NCBI GenBank assembly: GCA_963719225.1
Contig: CAVRAY010000001.1
Span: 3,456,001-3,520,000, forward strand
Source: Thermoanaerobaculia bacterium
GTDB taxonomy: Bacteria > Acidobacteriota > Thermoanaerobaculia > UBA5066
Direction: 5' to 3'
Length of the DNA: 64,000 bases
Part shown: piece after piece, positions 8,533 through 22,519 of the stretch
Layout of the letters: every line of letters begins with the position of its first letter
How positions within the stretch are numbered: position 1 is the first letter of the stretch
Position numbers and translations under genes: made by a program
Notes under the pieces: generated by a model
What the model was told of the DNA's origin: nothing
The model's database searches: none
The model's input: the letters and a program-made list of their open reading frames with translations, nothing else

Positions 8533-9858
8533 ATGCGCACACTTTTCGGCACGGACGGAATCCGCGGCGAGGCGGGGTCTCCACCCCTCGACGAGGGAAC
8601 GGTTTCCAGGGTCGGCGCCGCGCTCGTCGCGGCGCTCGTGGACGCCGAAATGGGGCCGCCGATCTCCGTCGTGGTCGGCTGCGACACCCGTGCGTCTTCG
8701 CCCGAGATCGTGCGCGCCCTCGCGGGCGGCGTCGCGGCCTCCGGTGGCCGAACGCGTTTCGCGGGCGTCGTTCCCACGCCCGCCGTCGCCTGGCTCGTGA
8801 CGCTCACGGACGCCGACGCCGGGGTCGTCGTGTCGGCGTCTCATAATCCGTGGAAGGACAACGGCATCAAGATCTTCTCCGGCGAGGGCCGCAAGCTGCC
8901 CGACGCCGTGGAGCTGGGTATCGAGCGCCGCATCGAGACGTCCGCCGCGGCTCCTCCCGCCGACGTCCATCGCGAGCTCCTCCTCGGAGCGGACTACGTC
9001 GCGCACCTCGTCCGGAGCCTTCCCCACCGGCTCGACGGCCTCGAGGTCGTGATCGACGCCGCGCACGGGGCGGCCTTCGAAGTCGCGCCCGCCGCGTTCC
9101 GCGCCGCGGGAGCGGAAGTCGTCGCGCGAAACGTCGCGCCGGACGGCCGGAACATCAACGATGGCTGCGGCGCCCTGCACCCCGAGGGCATGGCGCGTGC
9201 CGTCGTCGAAACCGGAGCGAGCCTCGGGATCGCCCTCGACGGCGACGCGGACCGGATCATCGTCGCCGACGACACGGGAACGCTCCTCGACGGCGACGAC
9301 GTGCTCTACCTCTGGACGCTCGAGCTCGAGCGCGAGGGCCGCAAGCCCGAGGCCGTCGTGGGAACGGTCATGTCGAACTGGGGGCTGGAGCAGGCTCTGA
9401 GGGAGAGGGGCGTTCGGCTCATCCGTGCCGCCGTCGGCGACCGCTACGTCGTCGAGGAGATGGAGAAGACCGGCGCGCTCCTCGGGGGAGAGCCGTCAGG
9501 CCATCTCATCCGCTCCGACCTGACGACGACAGGAGACGGCACGCTCACGGGCCTTCACATCGCCGCGCTCGTCGCGGCATCGGGCCGGCCGCTCTCGGCT
9601 CAGCCGCGCTTCACCCATACGCCGCAGGTCCTCAAGAACGTCAGGGTCCGCGAGAAGACGCCGTTCGAGGCGATCCCCGGGTTCGCGGCGCGGCGGCGCG
9701 TCGCCGAGGAGCGCCTCGCCGGCAACGGGAGGCTCCTCCTGAGGTACTCCGGCACGGAGGCGCTCGCCCGCGTCATGGTGGAGGGCGCGGACGCCGCCCT
9801 CGTCGATTCGGTCGCGAAGGACCTCGCCGACGCACTTCGCGAGAGCGTCGGATCGTGA
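8533..9858 (+). CDS. glmM: Phosphoglucosamine mutase
   Basis: LFGTDGIRG, VSASHNP, DGDADR, GGEPSGH, RYSGTE; follows folP. Confidence 0.93.
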   Translation: MRTLFGTDGIRGEAGSPPLDEGTVSRVGAALVAALVDAEMGPPISVVVGCDTRASSPEIVRALAGGVAASGGRTRFAGVVPTPAVAWLVTLTDADAGVVVSASHNPWKDNGIKIFSGEGRKLPDAVELGIERRIETSAAAPPADVHRELLLGADYVAHLVRSLPHRLDGLEVVIDAAHGAAFEVAPAAFRAAGAEVVARNVAPDGRNINDGCGALHPEGMARAVVETGASLGIALDGDADRIIVADDTGTLLDGDDVLYLWTLELEREGRKPEAVVGTVMSNWGLEQALRERGVRLIRAAVGDRYVVEEMEKTGALLGGEPSGHLIRSDLTTTGDGTLTGLHIAALVAASGRPLSAQPRFTHTPQVLKNVRVREKTPFEAIPGFAARRRVAEERLAGNGRLLLRYSGTEALARVMVEGADAALVDSVAKDLADALRESVGS

Positions 9859-11303
9859 GCCGGGGACTCCCTCTCGAGCCTTCGGACGACGAGCTGCGCC
9901 GCCTCTTCGACGAGGCCGTCCGGCGCGTCGTCGCGCACATCGGCTCGCTCGCCGACCAGCCTGCCGACGGGTCGGCCGGGGCCGCGGCGCTCGCACGCAC
10001 CCTGATCGAACGCGTGGCTCCGGAGGAGGGCAAGCCGGCGGGGCCGCTTCTCGATCTCCTGTTCGAGAAGGCGATTCCCGCGAGCTTCAACAATGCCGGC
10101 CCGGGATTCCTCGCTTACATCCCCGGGGGCGGGCAGCCGTACGCGGCGGTCGCGGACCTGATCTCCGCCGGCGTGAACCGCTACGTGGGCGTCTTCGCGC
10201 CGGCGCCGGCGCTCGTCCAGCTCGAGACGAACGTGGTCCGCTGGTTCGCGCGCGCCGTCGGCTATCCCCCGAGCGCCGGCGGATTCCTGACGACGGGCGG
10301 GTCTCTCGCGAACTTCTCCGCGATCGTCGCGGCCCGGCACGAGAAGCTGCCCGAGGATTTCCTCAAGGGCACGCTCTACGTGTCGGACCAGGGCCACCAC
10401 TGCATCCGCAAGGCGGCGCTACTCGCCGGCTTCCCCTCCGCGAACGTGCGCGAGATCCCCTCCGACGGCGCGTTCCGCCTCCGGCTCGACGCCCTTGCGA
10501 AGCAGGTCGCGGACGACCGGGCCGCCGGCTTCACGCCGTTCCTCGTGGCCGCGAGCGCAGGCACGACGAACACCGGCGCCGTCGACGATCTCGACGCGCT
10601 CGCCGATTTCGCCGGCCAAGAAGGCCTCTGGCTCCACACGGACGCGGCCTACGGAGGGTTCTTCGCGCTCACGTCGCGCGGCCGCGCGGTCATGAAGGGC
10701 CTCGAGCGCGCAGACTCGATCGTCCTCGATCCCCACAAGGGGCTCTTCATGCCGTACGGCACGGGCAGCCTCCTCGTGAAGGACCCCGGGACCCTGCGCC
10801 AGTCGCACAGCGTCCAGGCGCATTACATGCCGGGCATGCAGGACGACCCGGATTCCGTGGACTTCTGCGAGATCTCCCCCGAGCTCTCGCGCAACTTCCG
10901 CGGGCTCGAGGTGTGGCTCGCCGTCGAGCTCTGCGGCCTCGCGGCGTTCCGGAAGGCGCTCGACGAGAAGCTCGACCTCGCACGGGAAGCGGCCGATGCC
11001 GTGCGCGCGATCCCGGACATGAAAATCGTGGCCGAGCCGGAGCTCTCCCTTTTCGCGTTCCGGCTCGCGCCCCCGGGCGCGTCCGTCGAGGAGGCGAACC
11101 GGATGAACCGCGACTTGATGTCGCGCGTGAACGCCCGGAAGAGGGTGCTCATGACGGGCACTCTCCTCGGCGACGTCTTCGCTCTCCGCATCTGCATCCT
11201 GAACTTCCGGACGCATCGGGACCGCATCCTCATGGCCCTCGAGGACCTGCGGGCGGCCGCGCGCGAGGTCGCAGGGAATAATCCGGCCCGAAAGGGCATT
11301 TAA
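9855..11303 (+). CDS. Group II PLP-dependent (aromatic amino acid-type) decarboxylase
   Basis: GTGA overlap with glmM; TTGGSLAN, AGTTNTGAVD, WLHTDAAYGG, DSIVLDPHK (PLP lysine). Confidence 0.88.
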   Translation: MSRGLPLEPSDDELRRLFDEAVRRVVAHIGSLADQPADGSAGAAALARTLIERVAPEEGKPAGPLLDLLFEKAIPASFNNAGPGFLAYIPGGGQPYAAVADLISAGVNRYVGVFAPAPALVQLETNVVRWFARAVGYPPSAGGFLTTGGSLANFSAIVAARHEKLPEDFLKGTLYVSDQGHHCIRKAALLAGFPSANVREIPSDGAFRLRLDALAKQVADDRAAGFTPFLVAASAGTTNTGAVDDLDALADFAGQEGLWLHTDAAYGGFFALTSRGRAVMKGLERADSIVLDPHKGLFMPYGTGSLLVKDPGTLRQSHSVQAHYMPGMQDDPDSVDFCEISPELSRNFRGLEVWLAVELCGLAAFRKALDEKLDLAREAADAVRAIPDMKIVAEPELSLFAFRLAPPGASVEEANRMNRDLMSRVNARKRVLMTGTLLGDVFALRICILNFRTHRDRILMALEDLRAAAREVAGNNPARKGI

Positions 11304-11320
11304 CGGGCGTCAGGTGACCC

Positions 11321-11863
11321 ATGAGACGACGTGATTTCCTCGCCCTGACCCTCCCCGCCCTCGCGGGCGCGGGCATTCTCGCCGCGATCGGCTCCTCCGG
11401 TCCCGAGAAGGGCCCGGCCCAGAAAGGATCCGCCATGCCGGACACCGCCACCGCCGCCGATCGGCTCCCCGACCACATCGTGAAGACCGACGCCGAGTGG
11501 AAGAAGCTCCTGACGCCCGAGCAGTACCACGTCACCCGGAACAAGGGCACGGAGCGCGCCTTCACGGGCCCGAACTGGGACAACCACGCGAAGGGCACGT
11601 ACGTGTGCGTGTGCTGCGACCTGCCCCTCTTCTCGTCGGATACGAAGTTCGACTCGGGCACCGGCTGGCCGAGCTTCTGGCAGCCCCTCACGCCGAACTC
11701 CGTGAAGACGGCGGAGGACCGGAGCTTCTTCTCCGTCCGCACCGAAGTGATGTGCCGGCGCTGCGACGCCCACCTCGGCCACGTCTTCGACGACGGCCCG
11801 AAGCCCACGGGCCTGCGCTACTGCATGAACGGGACGGCGATGAAGTTCGTGGCCGCGAAGTAA
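11321..11863 (+). CDS. msrB: Peptide-methionine (R)-S-oxide reductase with Tat signal
   Basis: MRRRDFL Tat motif; GTERAF, Cxx[27 protein letters not shown]. Confidence 0.93.
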   Translation: MRRRDFLALTLPALAGAGILAAIGSSGPEKGPAQKGSAMPDTATAADRLPDHIVKTDAEWKKLLTPEQYHVTRNKGTERAFTGPNWDNHAKGTYVCVCCDLPLFSSDTKFDSGTGWPSFWQPLTPNSVKTAEDRSFFSVRTEVMCRRCDAHLGHVFDDGPKPTGLRYCMNGTAMKFVAAK

Positions 11864-11891
11864 GAAGCATCCGGGTCCGCGGCGCTGGCTG

Positions 11892-13544
11892 TCATGGTGC
11901 CGTCAACACGCGGTCGAGGGTCTTCTGGAGGTCCGTCCCGTGCAGGTCCGTGGCGAGGATCGTGCCGTCCCGATCGACGAGGATCTGCCTCGGGATCCAG
12001 AATATCTCGAACCGCTTCAGGGCGTCGCTTTTGAACTCGCCTCCCGCCCACGCGTTCATCCAGGGGAGCTTCCATTTGTCCTTGCGAAACGACGCGACGA
12101 CCTCCGGCTTCTCGTCGATCGAAACGCTCAGGATCTGAAACGCCCTGGACGCGTACCGCTCGTACGCTCGATGGAGGCTGCCCATCTCGCCGACGCACGG
12201 CAGGCACCAGGTCGCCCAGAAGTCGATCAGGGTTACCTTTCCTTTGAGCGTGTCGGCGGTGAGGGAGACGTTCGAGTCGTTCAGGGAGGGGAGCGTGAAG
12301 CTTGGGATCCTCTTTCCGACCGCGATCTCGCCCCCGAGACCCGAGTCCTTTGCGTGCTTCGTCTCGGGATCATCGGGAAACTCCGCGAGGAGCCGGTCGT
12401 AGAAACGCCTGGCGACCGCCGAGTCGCCCGCGTCGCGAGCCCCCTTGAACGCCGCAGCCAGAACGATCGGGCGCACCGTCGGGTCTTTCTGCGCCTCGGC
12501 CACGTGCCACGCGTATTCCGAACCGCCGCTGACACGACTCTCCCTTAAGTGTGCGAAGGCGGAGCTCAGCACCCACGGGTTAAGCGTCCAGACGCGCGAA
12601 CTCGGCGGAAGGTTCTCGAGTGCGCGGTGTGCCAGGCGGGGCTCGAGCTTGCTCCCGTAGAACTCGGTGGAGAGGATGCTCAGCGCGAGCATCTGGCGCA
12701 CAAGCGGGTCTTTCTCCCGTTCCATCCGATCCGAAAGGACGGCAAGGCTGTCGGACTCCTTCCCGTGCTCCGCAGGCGCTGCTCCCCCGTTTCGAGACGC
12801 GGTATCCCGGCGGTTCATGTCGTCGTACGCCGCGGCAAGCCGGGCTGCCGGGGACGCCGGTTTGCCGAATCGGGTCTCGCCCGGCTTTGACGAGCGTTTG
12901 ACCTCCAACGGCCGGAGCGTGATCCGGACCTTCCCGTCCTTTGCCGCCACGACCGAACGGTAGTCGCCGTCGCCGTCATACTCGAAGGTGTCGGCCTGCG
13001 GGCCGTTCACCCACCTGCCGCTTTTCTCGAAGCCCATCAGCTGGTACGCAATGCGGGGCTTCGCCGTCTCCAGTTCCACGGACCAGCTTCCGTCCGGCTG
13101 CTTCTCCATCGGTCGCGCAGTCTTCGGGGAAAAATCGTTGAAGTCGCCGACAACCTTGACGTCGGAGAAGTCATCAACGTATTCGTAGCTCGCGAGGCGG
13201 ACATCCACTTGAAGCGTCTGGGGCGTCCCGGCAACGAACGGAATCGCGGCAGACATGTGATTGATCCCCGTAAACCGGATGAAGAAGGCCCCGGTCTCAT
13301 CCGCCGACAGCCGGAACCGCCCGCGCCGGTCTGGCTCGACCGACACGTCGGGCTTGTCGTGCTGAGGTCGGGTGAGGTGGACGTGCGCGACCCTTAATGG
13401 ATTTCCGTCCTGATCGAGCAGGCTTCCCCAGACGACCGTTTCTCGAGCCTTGCGACCAGCCGCGCTGGCCGGCACGCAGAGCGGGGCGCCGAGACAAAAA
13501 ACGGAAAGGAAGGTGAACGCCGACTTCAGCATCGTGCTTTTCAT
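11892..13544 (-). CDS. Secreted multidomain TlpA/ResA-like thiol-disulfide oxidoreductase
   Basis: ATGA overlap with the upstream gene; signal peptide; C-terminal [24 protein letters not shown]. The N-terminal extension of the listed 1168-aa ORF overlaps real genes and is treated as spurious. Confidence 0.8.
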   Translation of the reverse strand: MKSTMLKSAFTFLSVFCLGAPLCVPASAAGRKARETVVWGSLLDQDGNPLRVAHVHLTRPQHDKPDVSVEPDRRGRFRLSADETGAFFIRFTGINHMSAAIPFVAGTPQTLQVDVRLASYEYVDDFSDVKVVGDFNDFSPKTARPMEKQPDGSWSVELETAKPRIAYQLMGFEKSGRWVNGPQADTFEYDGDGDYRSVVAAKDGKVRITLRPLEVKRSSKPGETRFGKPASPAARLAAAYDDMNRRDTASRNGGAAPAEHGKESDSLAVLSDRMEREKDPLVRQMLALSILSTEFYGSKLEPRLAHRALENLPPSSRVWTLNPWVLSSAFAHLRESRVSGGSEYAWHVAEAQKDPTVRPIVLAAAFKGARDAGDSAVARRFYDRLLAEFPDDPETKHAKDSGLGGEIAVGKRIPSFTLPSLNDSNVSLTADTLKGKVTLIDFWATWCLPCVGEMGSLHRAYERYASRAFQILSVSIDEKPEVVASFRKDKWKLPWMNAWAGGEFKSDALKRFEIFWIPRQILVDRDGTILATDLHGTDLQKTLDRVLTAP

Positions 13545-13948
13545 TCTAGGAGTTCCGTCGCACCTCCGGGGAGCGCTCGCGTGACGATGGCGTACTCCTC
13601 GACGGGCCTGCCGCCGATGAGATGCTCCTGGATGATCCGCTCGAGGACGGGCGGATCGCAGGCGCGGTACCAGACGCCTTCGGGATAGACCACGGCGATG
13701 GGGCCGCCGGCGCAGATCCTGAGGCAGTTCGCCTTGTTCCGCTGAACGCGGCCGCTCGTCGAGAGGCCGAGCTCCTTCAGTCGCGTCTTCAGGTAGTCCC
13801 ACGCCGCGTTCGAGCGGTCGCGCTCGGAGCACTTCGGCTTCGTCTGGTCGCAGCACAGGAAGATGTGCCGCCGCGCCTCGGGGACGCCGATGCCTCTCGC
13901 GATCTCCGCGAGCTTTTCCGGCGAGCCCTCCCCGTTCGTGCCGTCCAC
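13541..13948 (-). CDS. Thioredoxin-like [2Fe-2S] ferredoxin
   Basis: [43 protein letters not shown]; start codon uncertain. Confidence 0.85.
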   Translation of the reverse strand: MDGTNGEGSPEKLAEIARGIGVPEARRHIFLCCDQTKPKCSERDRSNAAWDYLKTRLKELGLSTSGRVQRNKANCLRICAGGPIAVVYPEGVWYRACDPPVLERIIQEHLIGGRPVEEYAIVTRALPGGATELLE

Positions 13949-13982
13949 TTGGTTTTCCCGCTCTGAAGGATAATCCGCCCCC

Positions 13983-14879
13983 ATGAAAGTCTTCGTCACC
14001 GGGGCCACGGGCCACGTCGGATTCCGTATCGCGCACGCTTTTCGGCGGGCCGGTCATCAGGTCTGGGGACTGACGCGCTCCGACAACGGCGCCACGCGCC
14101 TCGACCGGCACGAGATCCGCCCCGTCATCGGGTCGCTGCAGGAACCCGGCTCGTGGAAGGACGCAGAGGACGCCGCCGTCCTCGTCCACGCGGCGTTCGA
14201 TTACAAGGGCGACTCGTGGGCCGTGGACCGCGACGCCGTCGTGGCGCTCCTCGCGCTCGCGACCCGCGGCGCCGCACCGAAGACCCTGCTCTACACGAGC
14301 GGCGTCTGGGTTTACGGCGACACGGGTCACGGAGTAGCCGACGAGACGACGCCCCTTTCGCCGCTTCCGATGAGCCTGCCGCGCGTCGAGACCGAGAAGC
14401 GCGTCCTGTCGGCCGGAGGCGTCAAGGGAATCGTCATGCGTCCCGGCTGTGTGTACGGCTACGGCGGCAGCCTGACCGGGATGTGGTTCGAGGGGGCCGC
14501 GAAAGGAGCGCTCGAGGTCGTCGGCGACGGCCACAACCGCTGGGCGACCGTGCACGCCGACGACTGCGCCGACGCGTACGTCCGCGCGGCCTCGAGCGGA
14601 CTCTCCGGGGAAATCTTCAACGTGACGGACCGTTCCCGCGCGCCGGTCCGCCGCCTCGTGACGGCCGCGGCGCGCGCCGCCGGTTTCAAGGGCGAAATTC
14701 GATGGATCCCGGTGGAGGACGCGCACAAGAACATGGGCGACTTCGCGAATGCTCTCGCGCTCGACCAGCACGTGGAGTCGCGGAAAGCGGTCGCACGCCT
14801 CGGCTGGCAGCCCGCGCACGGGGGATTCGAGGACGAGGTCGAGACGTACCACGCCGCGTGGAAGGCCTCCCGCGGCTGA
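13983..14879 (+). CDS. NAD-dependent epimerase/dehydratase family protein (atypical SDR)
   Basis: [37 protein letters not shown]. Confidence 0.88.
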   Translation: MKVFVTGATGHVGFRIAHAFRRAGHQVWGLTRSDNGATRLDRHEIRPVIGSLQEPGSWKDAEDAAVLVHAAFDYKGDSWAVDRDAVVALLALATRGAAPKTLLYTSGVWVYGDTGHGVADETTPLSPLPMSLPRVETEKRVLSAGGVKGIVMRPGCVYGYGGSLTGMWFEGAAKGALEVVGDGHNRWATVHADDCADAYVRAASSGLSGEIFNVTDRSRAPVRRLVTAAARAAGFKGEIRWIPVEDAHKNMGDFANALALDQHVESRKAVARLGWQPAHGGFEDEVETYHAAWKASRG

Positions 14880-14904
14880 TCGAGGCCCCGAGAGTCGCGC
14901 GCGC

Positions 14905-16185
14905 ATGGAAAAGGAAGTGTTTTCCTCCGAGGACCGCGCCCGGATCGAGGCGCAGGGCCTGACCGTGGAAGAGGTGCAGCGGCAGGCGGCGTTCCTTCGA
15001 GACCCGCCGCCCGCGGCGAAGCTCCTCAGGCCCTGCACGGTCGGGGACGGAATCGTACGGATCGACGAGAGCGAGCACGAGGAGCTCCTCGCTCTCTCGG
15101 ACGACGCGGCCCGCGCGGGCAGGCTTTCGAAGTTCGTGCCCGCGTCCGGCGCCGCGAGCCGCATGTTCGATTTCCTTTCCCGCGGCCCCGAGAGCCCGGA
15201 GAGAAAGAGATTCTTCGAGAGTGTGGACGCGTTCGCCTTTTCCTTCGCGGGCGACTTCGATCGCCTCGCGGCCACGCCCAAGGGCCTTCTCGCGTTCCAC
15301 CGGTATCCCGACGGCAACCGCACCGCGTTCGAGGAGCATTTCTTCGAGGCCGCGTACACGATCCGCGACGGGGCCGGGAACTGCCGGATCCACTTCACCG
15401 TCCTGCCCGCTCATCGTGCCTCGTTCGAGCGGGCGCTCTCACAGTTTCTCCCGCTCGTCGAGCGCCTGACGGGCGCGCGCTTCATCGTCTCCTTCTCCGA
15501 GCAGTCGCCGTCCACCGACACCGTCGCGATCGACGAGTCGGGACGTCTCTTCCGGGATTCGGAGGGGCGCCTGCTCTTCCGGCCGGGAGGACACGGCGCG
15601 CTCCTGAAGAACCTCGCCGAGACGGGTGGCAACGTCGTCCTCGTCAAGAACATCGACAACGTCGTTCCCGACGACCTCCGCGCGCCGACGCTCCTCTGGA
15701 AGAGGCTCCTCAGCGGCCTTCTCTTGCGGATCGAGCGTACGAGCCCGCGGGACCGACCGCTCCGCGCCTGCGGGGTCGTGCGCAACGAGGGAGAGCCTGG
15801 CGGCGGCCCGTTCTGGGTCGGCGAACCCGGCGGAGAGACGCGGCAGATCGTGGAGTCCGCCCAGGTGGATCTCGCGAATCCCGCGCAGGAGGCGATCTGG
15901 CGCGCGGCGACGCACTTCAACCCCGTGGACCTCGCATGCTCCCTGCGCGATTCGTCGGGCCGGCCCTTCGAGCTTTCGCGCTTCGTGGATGAAAGCGCCG
16001 TCTTCGTCGCGAAAAAGACGCACGAGGGGCGGACGCTTTTCGCCCTCGAGCGGCCGGGACTGTGGAACGGCGCGATGGCCTTCTGGGAGACGGTCTTCGT
16101 CGAGGTGCCGAAGGAGACGTTCGCGCCCGTCAAGACGGCCCTCGACCTCCTGCGCCCGGAGCACGCCCGCGCCGATAAAGTTTAA
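14905..16185 (+). CDS. DUF4301 family protein
   Basis: KFVPASGAASRMF, PKGL, FEEH, FRPGGHGALL, KNIDNV, GEPGGGPFW, THFNPVDL, ERPGLWNGAM. Confidence 0.85.
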   Translation: MEKEVFSSEDRARIEAQGLTVEEVQRQAAFLRDPPPAAKLLRPCTVGDGIVRIDESEHEELLALSDDAARAGRLSKFVPASGAASRMFDFLSRGPESPERKRFFESVDAFAFSFAGDFDRLAATPKGLLAFHRYPDGNRTAFEEHFFEAAYTIRDGAGNCRIHFTVLPAHRASFERALSQFLPLVERLTGARFIVSFSEQSPSTDTVAIDESGRLFRDSEGRLLFRPGGHGALLKNLAETGGNVVLVKNIDNVVPDDLRAPTLLWKRLLSGLLLRIERTSPRDRPLRACGVVRNEGEPGGGPFWVGEPGGETRQIVESAQVDLANPAQEAIWRAATHFNPVDLACSLRDSSGRPFELSRFVDESAVFVAKKTHEGRTLFALERPGLWNGAMAFWETVFVEVPKETFAPVKTALDLLRPEHARADKV

Positions 16186-16278
16186 TAAGTTATTTAATAT
16201 CAATCTGTTACGTCAATAGAGGCGGGGCCGGGCCACGCACGGGGGGCCCGGGTCGCGGTATTCTCGCGGCCCCCCGGA

Positions 16279-18534
16279 ATGCCGATGTTTCGCCGCAACG
16301 AGCTGAGACCCAGGAAGAAGCGCCCGCTGAGGCTCGTGCAGGAAGAGCCGATCGCGCCGGGATCCGCGACATCGGCCGGTCCCTCGCCCACTCTCCCGCT
16401 GCTGAATCGGGAGCTCTCCTGGCTGGCATTCAACGAGCGCGTGATCGAGGAGGCTTACGACGAGCGCTGGCCGCTCCTGGAACGCCTGAAGTTCCTGGCG
16501 ATCAGCCAGACGAACCTCGACGAATTCTTCATGATCCGCGTCTCGGGCCTCCTCGACCAGCTCTCCTCGGAGATCGTCGAGCCCACGGACGACGGCCTGC
16601 CGACGACCGATGCGCTCGCGCGCGTGCGGGTCGCGGTCCAGGGGATGCAAGGGAGGCAGATCTCCTGCCTCGTGAACGATCTCCTGCCGAAGCTCGCGGC
16701 CGAGGGCATCTCGGTCCTCACGTGGGCCGACCTCTCCGAGACGCAGCACGAGGCGGCGAGCGTGCACTTCCGTCGCAACGTGCTCCCGGTCCTCACGCCT
16801 CTCGCGGTGGATCCCGGCCATCCGTTCCCGTTCCTCTCGAACCTCTCGCTGAACCTCGCGGTCGAGGTGAAGAACACGGAGACGAGCGAGACGAAATTCG
16901 CGCGCGTCAAGGTGCCGCAGGCCATGCCGCGCCTCCTCCCCCTTCGCGAGCTCCTCGAGGGCAAGAAGAAGATCAAGCCGGAGAAGGCCGAGTACCTTCT
17001 TCTCGAGTCGCTCATCCAGGCGAATCTCGGAGAGCTCTTCCCGGGGCTCGAAATCGTCTCCTCGCACCTCTTTCGGGTCACGCGCGACGCGGACATCGAG
17101 ATCCAGGAGGACGAGGCTTCCGACCTCCTCGCGACGATCGAGCAGGAAGTGAGACGCCGCCGCTTCGGCGCGGTCGTGCGCCTCGAGGTCGCCCCGAAGA
17201 CGCCCAAGCGCGTGCGCAAGCTCCTCCAGAAGCAGCTGGAGATCTCCGAGAACGAGGTCTACGAGGTGGACGGGCCGCTCGGCGCGGGCGACCTCATGTC
17301 CCTCACACGCCTCGACCGGCGCGAGCTGAAGGATCCGCCCTTTTCTCCGGCCGTGCCCGCCGTCTTCAACCAGCCCGACCAGTCGGTCTTCTCGGCCATC
17401 CGCGCGGGCGACATCCTGCTGCACCACCCGTACGACTCTTTCTCGCCCGTCGCCGAGATGATCGAGCGCGCGTCCACCGACTCGAAGACGGTGGCCATCA
17501 AGATGACCCTGTACCGGACGAACGCGGACTCGGCGATCCTCCCCGCGCTCATCCGCGCGGCCGAGAACGGCAAGCAGGTTGCCGTCCTCGTGGAGCTGAA
17601 GGCGCGCTTCGACGAGGAAAAGAACATCGAGTGGGCGAAGTCGCTCGAGCAGGCGGGCGTCCACGTGGTCTACGGCGTCGTCGGCCTCAAGACCCACTGC
17701 AAGATCGCGCTCGTCGTCCGGCGCGAGAAGGACGAGATCCGCCGCTACGTGCACCTCGGCACGGGCAACTACAACGAGACGACCGCGCGGATCTACACGG
17801 ACTTCGGTCTCATGACCTGCCGTCCCGAGTTCGGAGAGGACGCGACGCGCCTCTTCAACGCGCTGACGGGCTTCGCGGGCCGGACCAGCTACGCGCGTCT
17901 CGTGACGGCCCCGAAGGACATGCACCGGTCCGTCCTCGAGTGGATCGCGAAAGAGACGGCGCACGCCCGCGCGGGCCGCCCCGCGGGCATCAAGGCGAAG
18001 ATGAACGCGCTCGTCGATCCGCCCGTCATCGCGGCGCTCTACGAGGCCTCGCAGGCCGGCGTGAGCATCGATCTCCTCGTCCGCGGCATCTGCTGCCTGA
18101 AGCCCGGCGTTCCTGGCGTCTCGGAGACGATCCGCGTGCGCTCCATCGTCGGGAGGTTCCTCGAGCACAGCCGCGCGTTCGTCTTCGAGAACGGCGGCGA
18201 CCGGAAGGTCTGGCTCTCCTCGGCCGACTGGATGCCGCGCAATTTCTTCCGCAGGGTCGAGACGGCCTTCCCCGTCGAGGAGCCCGCTCTCGCGCAGCAG
18301 GTCGTCGACGCGCTCGACACGATGCTGAAGGACAACGTGCGCGCGCGCCGCCTCAACGAGGACGGAACGTACGAACGCCTCAAGCCCGCCGCGGACGAGA
18401 CACCCCTCGACTCGCAGGCCGCGTTCGTCGAGGACGCGCGCCGCCGCGTCCTCAAGGCCGTCGAAGCGTTCGAGCGGCGCGGCGCCGAGGCGTTCGAGAA
18501 GTCCGAAGAGACCGTCCCGGCGGAAACCGAGTAG
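16279..18534 (+). CDS. ppk1: Polyphosphate kinase 1
   Basis: NRELSWLAFNERV, NLDEFFMIRV, HHPYDSF, ELKARFDE, KTHCK, GTGNYN, RFLEHSR, SADWMPRN. Confidence 0.97.
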   Translation: MPMFRRNELRPRKKRPLRLVQEEPIAPGSATSAGPSPTLPLLNRELSWLAFNERVIEEAYDERWPLLERLKFLAISQTNLDEFFMIRVSGLLDQLSSEIVEPTDDGLPTTDALARVRVAVQGMQGRQISCLVNDLLPKLAAEGISVLTWADLSETQHEAASVHFRRNVLPVLTPLAVDPGHPFPFLSNLSLNLAVEVKNTETSETKFARVKVPQAMPRLLPLRELLEGKKKIKPEKAEYLLLESLIQANLGELFPGLEIVSSHLFRVTRDADIEIQEDEASDLLATIEQEVRRRRFGAVVRLEVAPKTPKRVRKLLQKQLEISENEVYEVDGPLGAGDLMSLTRLDRRELKDPPFSPAVPAVFNQPDQSVFSAIRAGDILLHHPYDSFSPVAEMIERASTDSKTVAIKMTLYRTNADSAILPALIRAAENGKQVAVLVELKARFDEEKNIEWAKSLEQAGVHVVYGVVGLKTHCKIALVVRREKDEIRRYVHLGTGNYNETTARIYTDFGLMTCRPEFGEDATRLFNALTGFAGRTSYARLVTAPKDMHRSVLEWIAKETAHARAGRPAGIKAKMNALVDPPVIAALYEASQAGVSIDLLVRGICCLKPGVPGVSETIRVRSIVGRFLEHSRAFVFENGGDRKVWLSSADWMPRNFFRRVETAFPVEEPALAQQVVDALDTMLKDNVRARRLNEDGTYERLKPAADETPLDSQAAFVEDARRRVLKAVEAFERRGAEAFEKSEETVPAETE

Positions 18535-18539
18535 AGCGC

Positions 18540-18755
18540 CTAGCGCTCGACCTCGAAGCTGGGCGCGGGGCTGAGGACGGGCTCCTGCGCGGTCAGCGTG
18601 GTTCCCGTGATCGGCACCAGGATCAGGTGCGTGTTCGAGCCGTAGTTCAGGTTGATCTCGTAGAAGCCGTTGGCCGAGACGGAGATGAGCGTCCCCGGCA
18701 CCTGCTTGAGCTCCGCCATCGGACAGGTCACGTAGACCTTCATCGGAATGTCCAT
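18540..18755 (-). CDS. Small hypothetical protein (71 aa)
   Basis: GGAGG RBS before ATG 18755; MDIPMKVYVTCP..SFEVER with host-like codon usage. Confidence 0.7.
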   Translation of the reverse strand: MDIPMKVYVTCPMAELKQVPGTLISVSANGFYEINLNYGSNTHLILVPITGTTLTAQEPVLSPAPSFEVER

Positions 18756-18793
18756 CGGACCTCCTGTCCCGTGAAGGATAACCTCGGGGGCGC

Positions 18794-22455
<3,662 letters not shown>

Positions 22456-22519
22456 CTAGGGTGTGAGAGCCCGCGCGCCGGCCCCGGGGAAAGCGTCTCC
22501 CCTGCTAGCATCCGCGCTC

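Noticed and set aside
7635-9858. folP-glmM adjacency
   Set aside because: Common conserved gene order, not novel.
13545-15398. N-terminal extension making a 1168-aa TlpA
   Set aside because: Overlaps three credible genes; the true start is the ATGA-coupled codon at 13544.
16190-16212. Pho box upstream of ppk1
   Set aside because: Only one plausible half-site (CTGTTAC); no good 11-bp-spaced partner.
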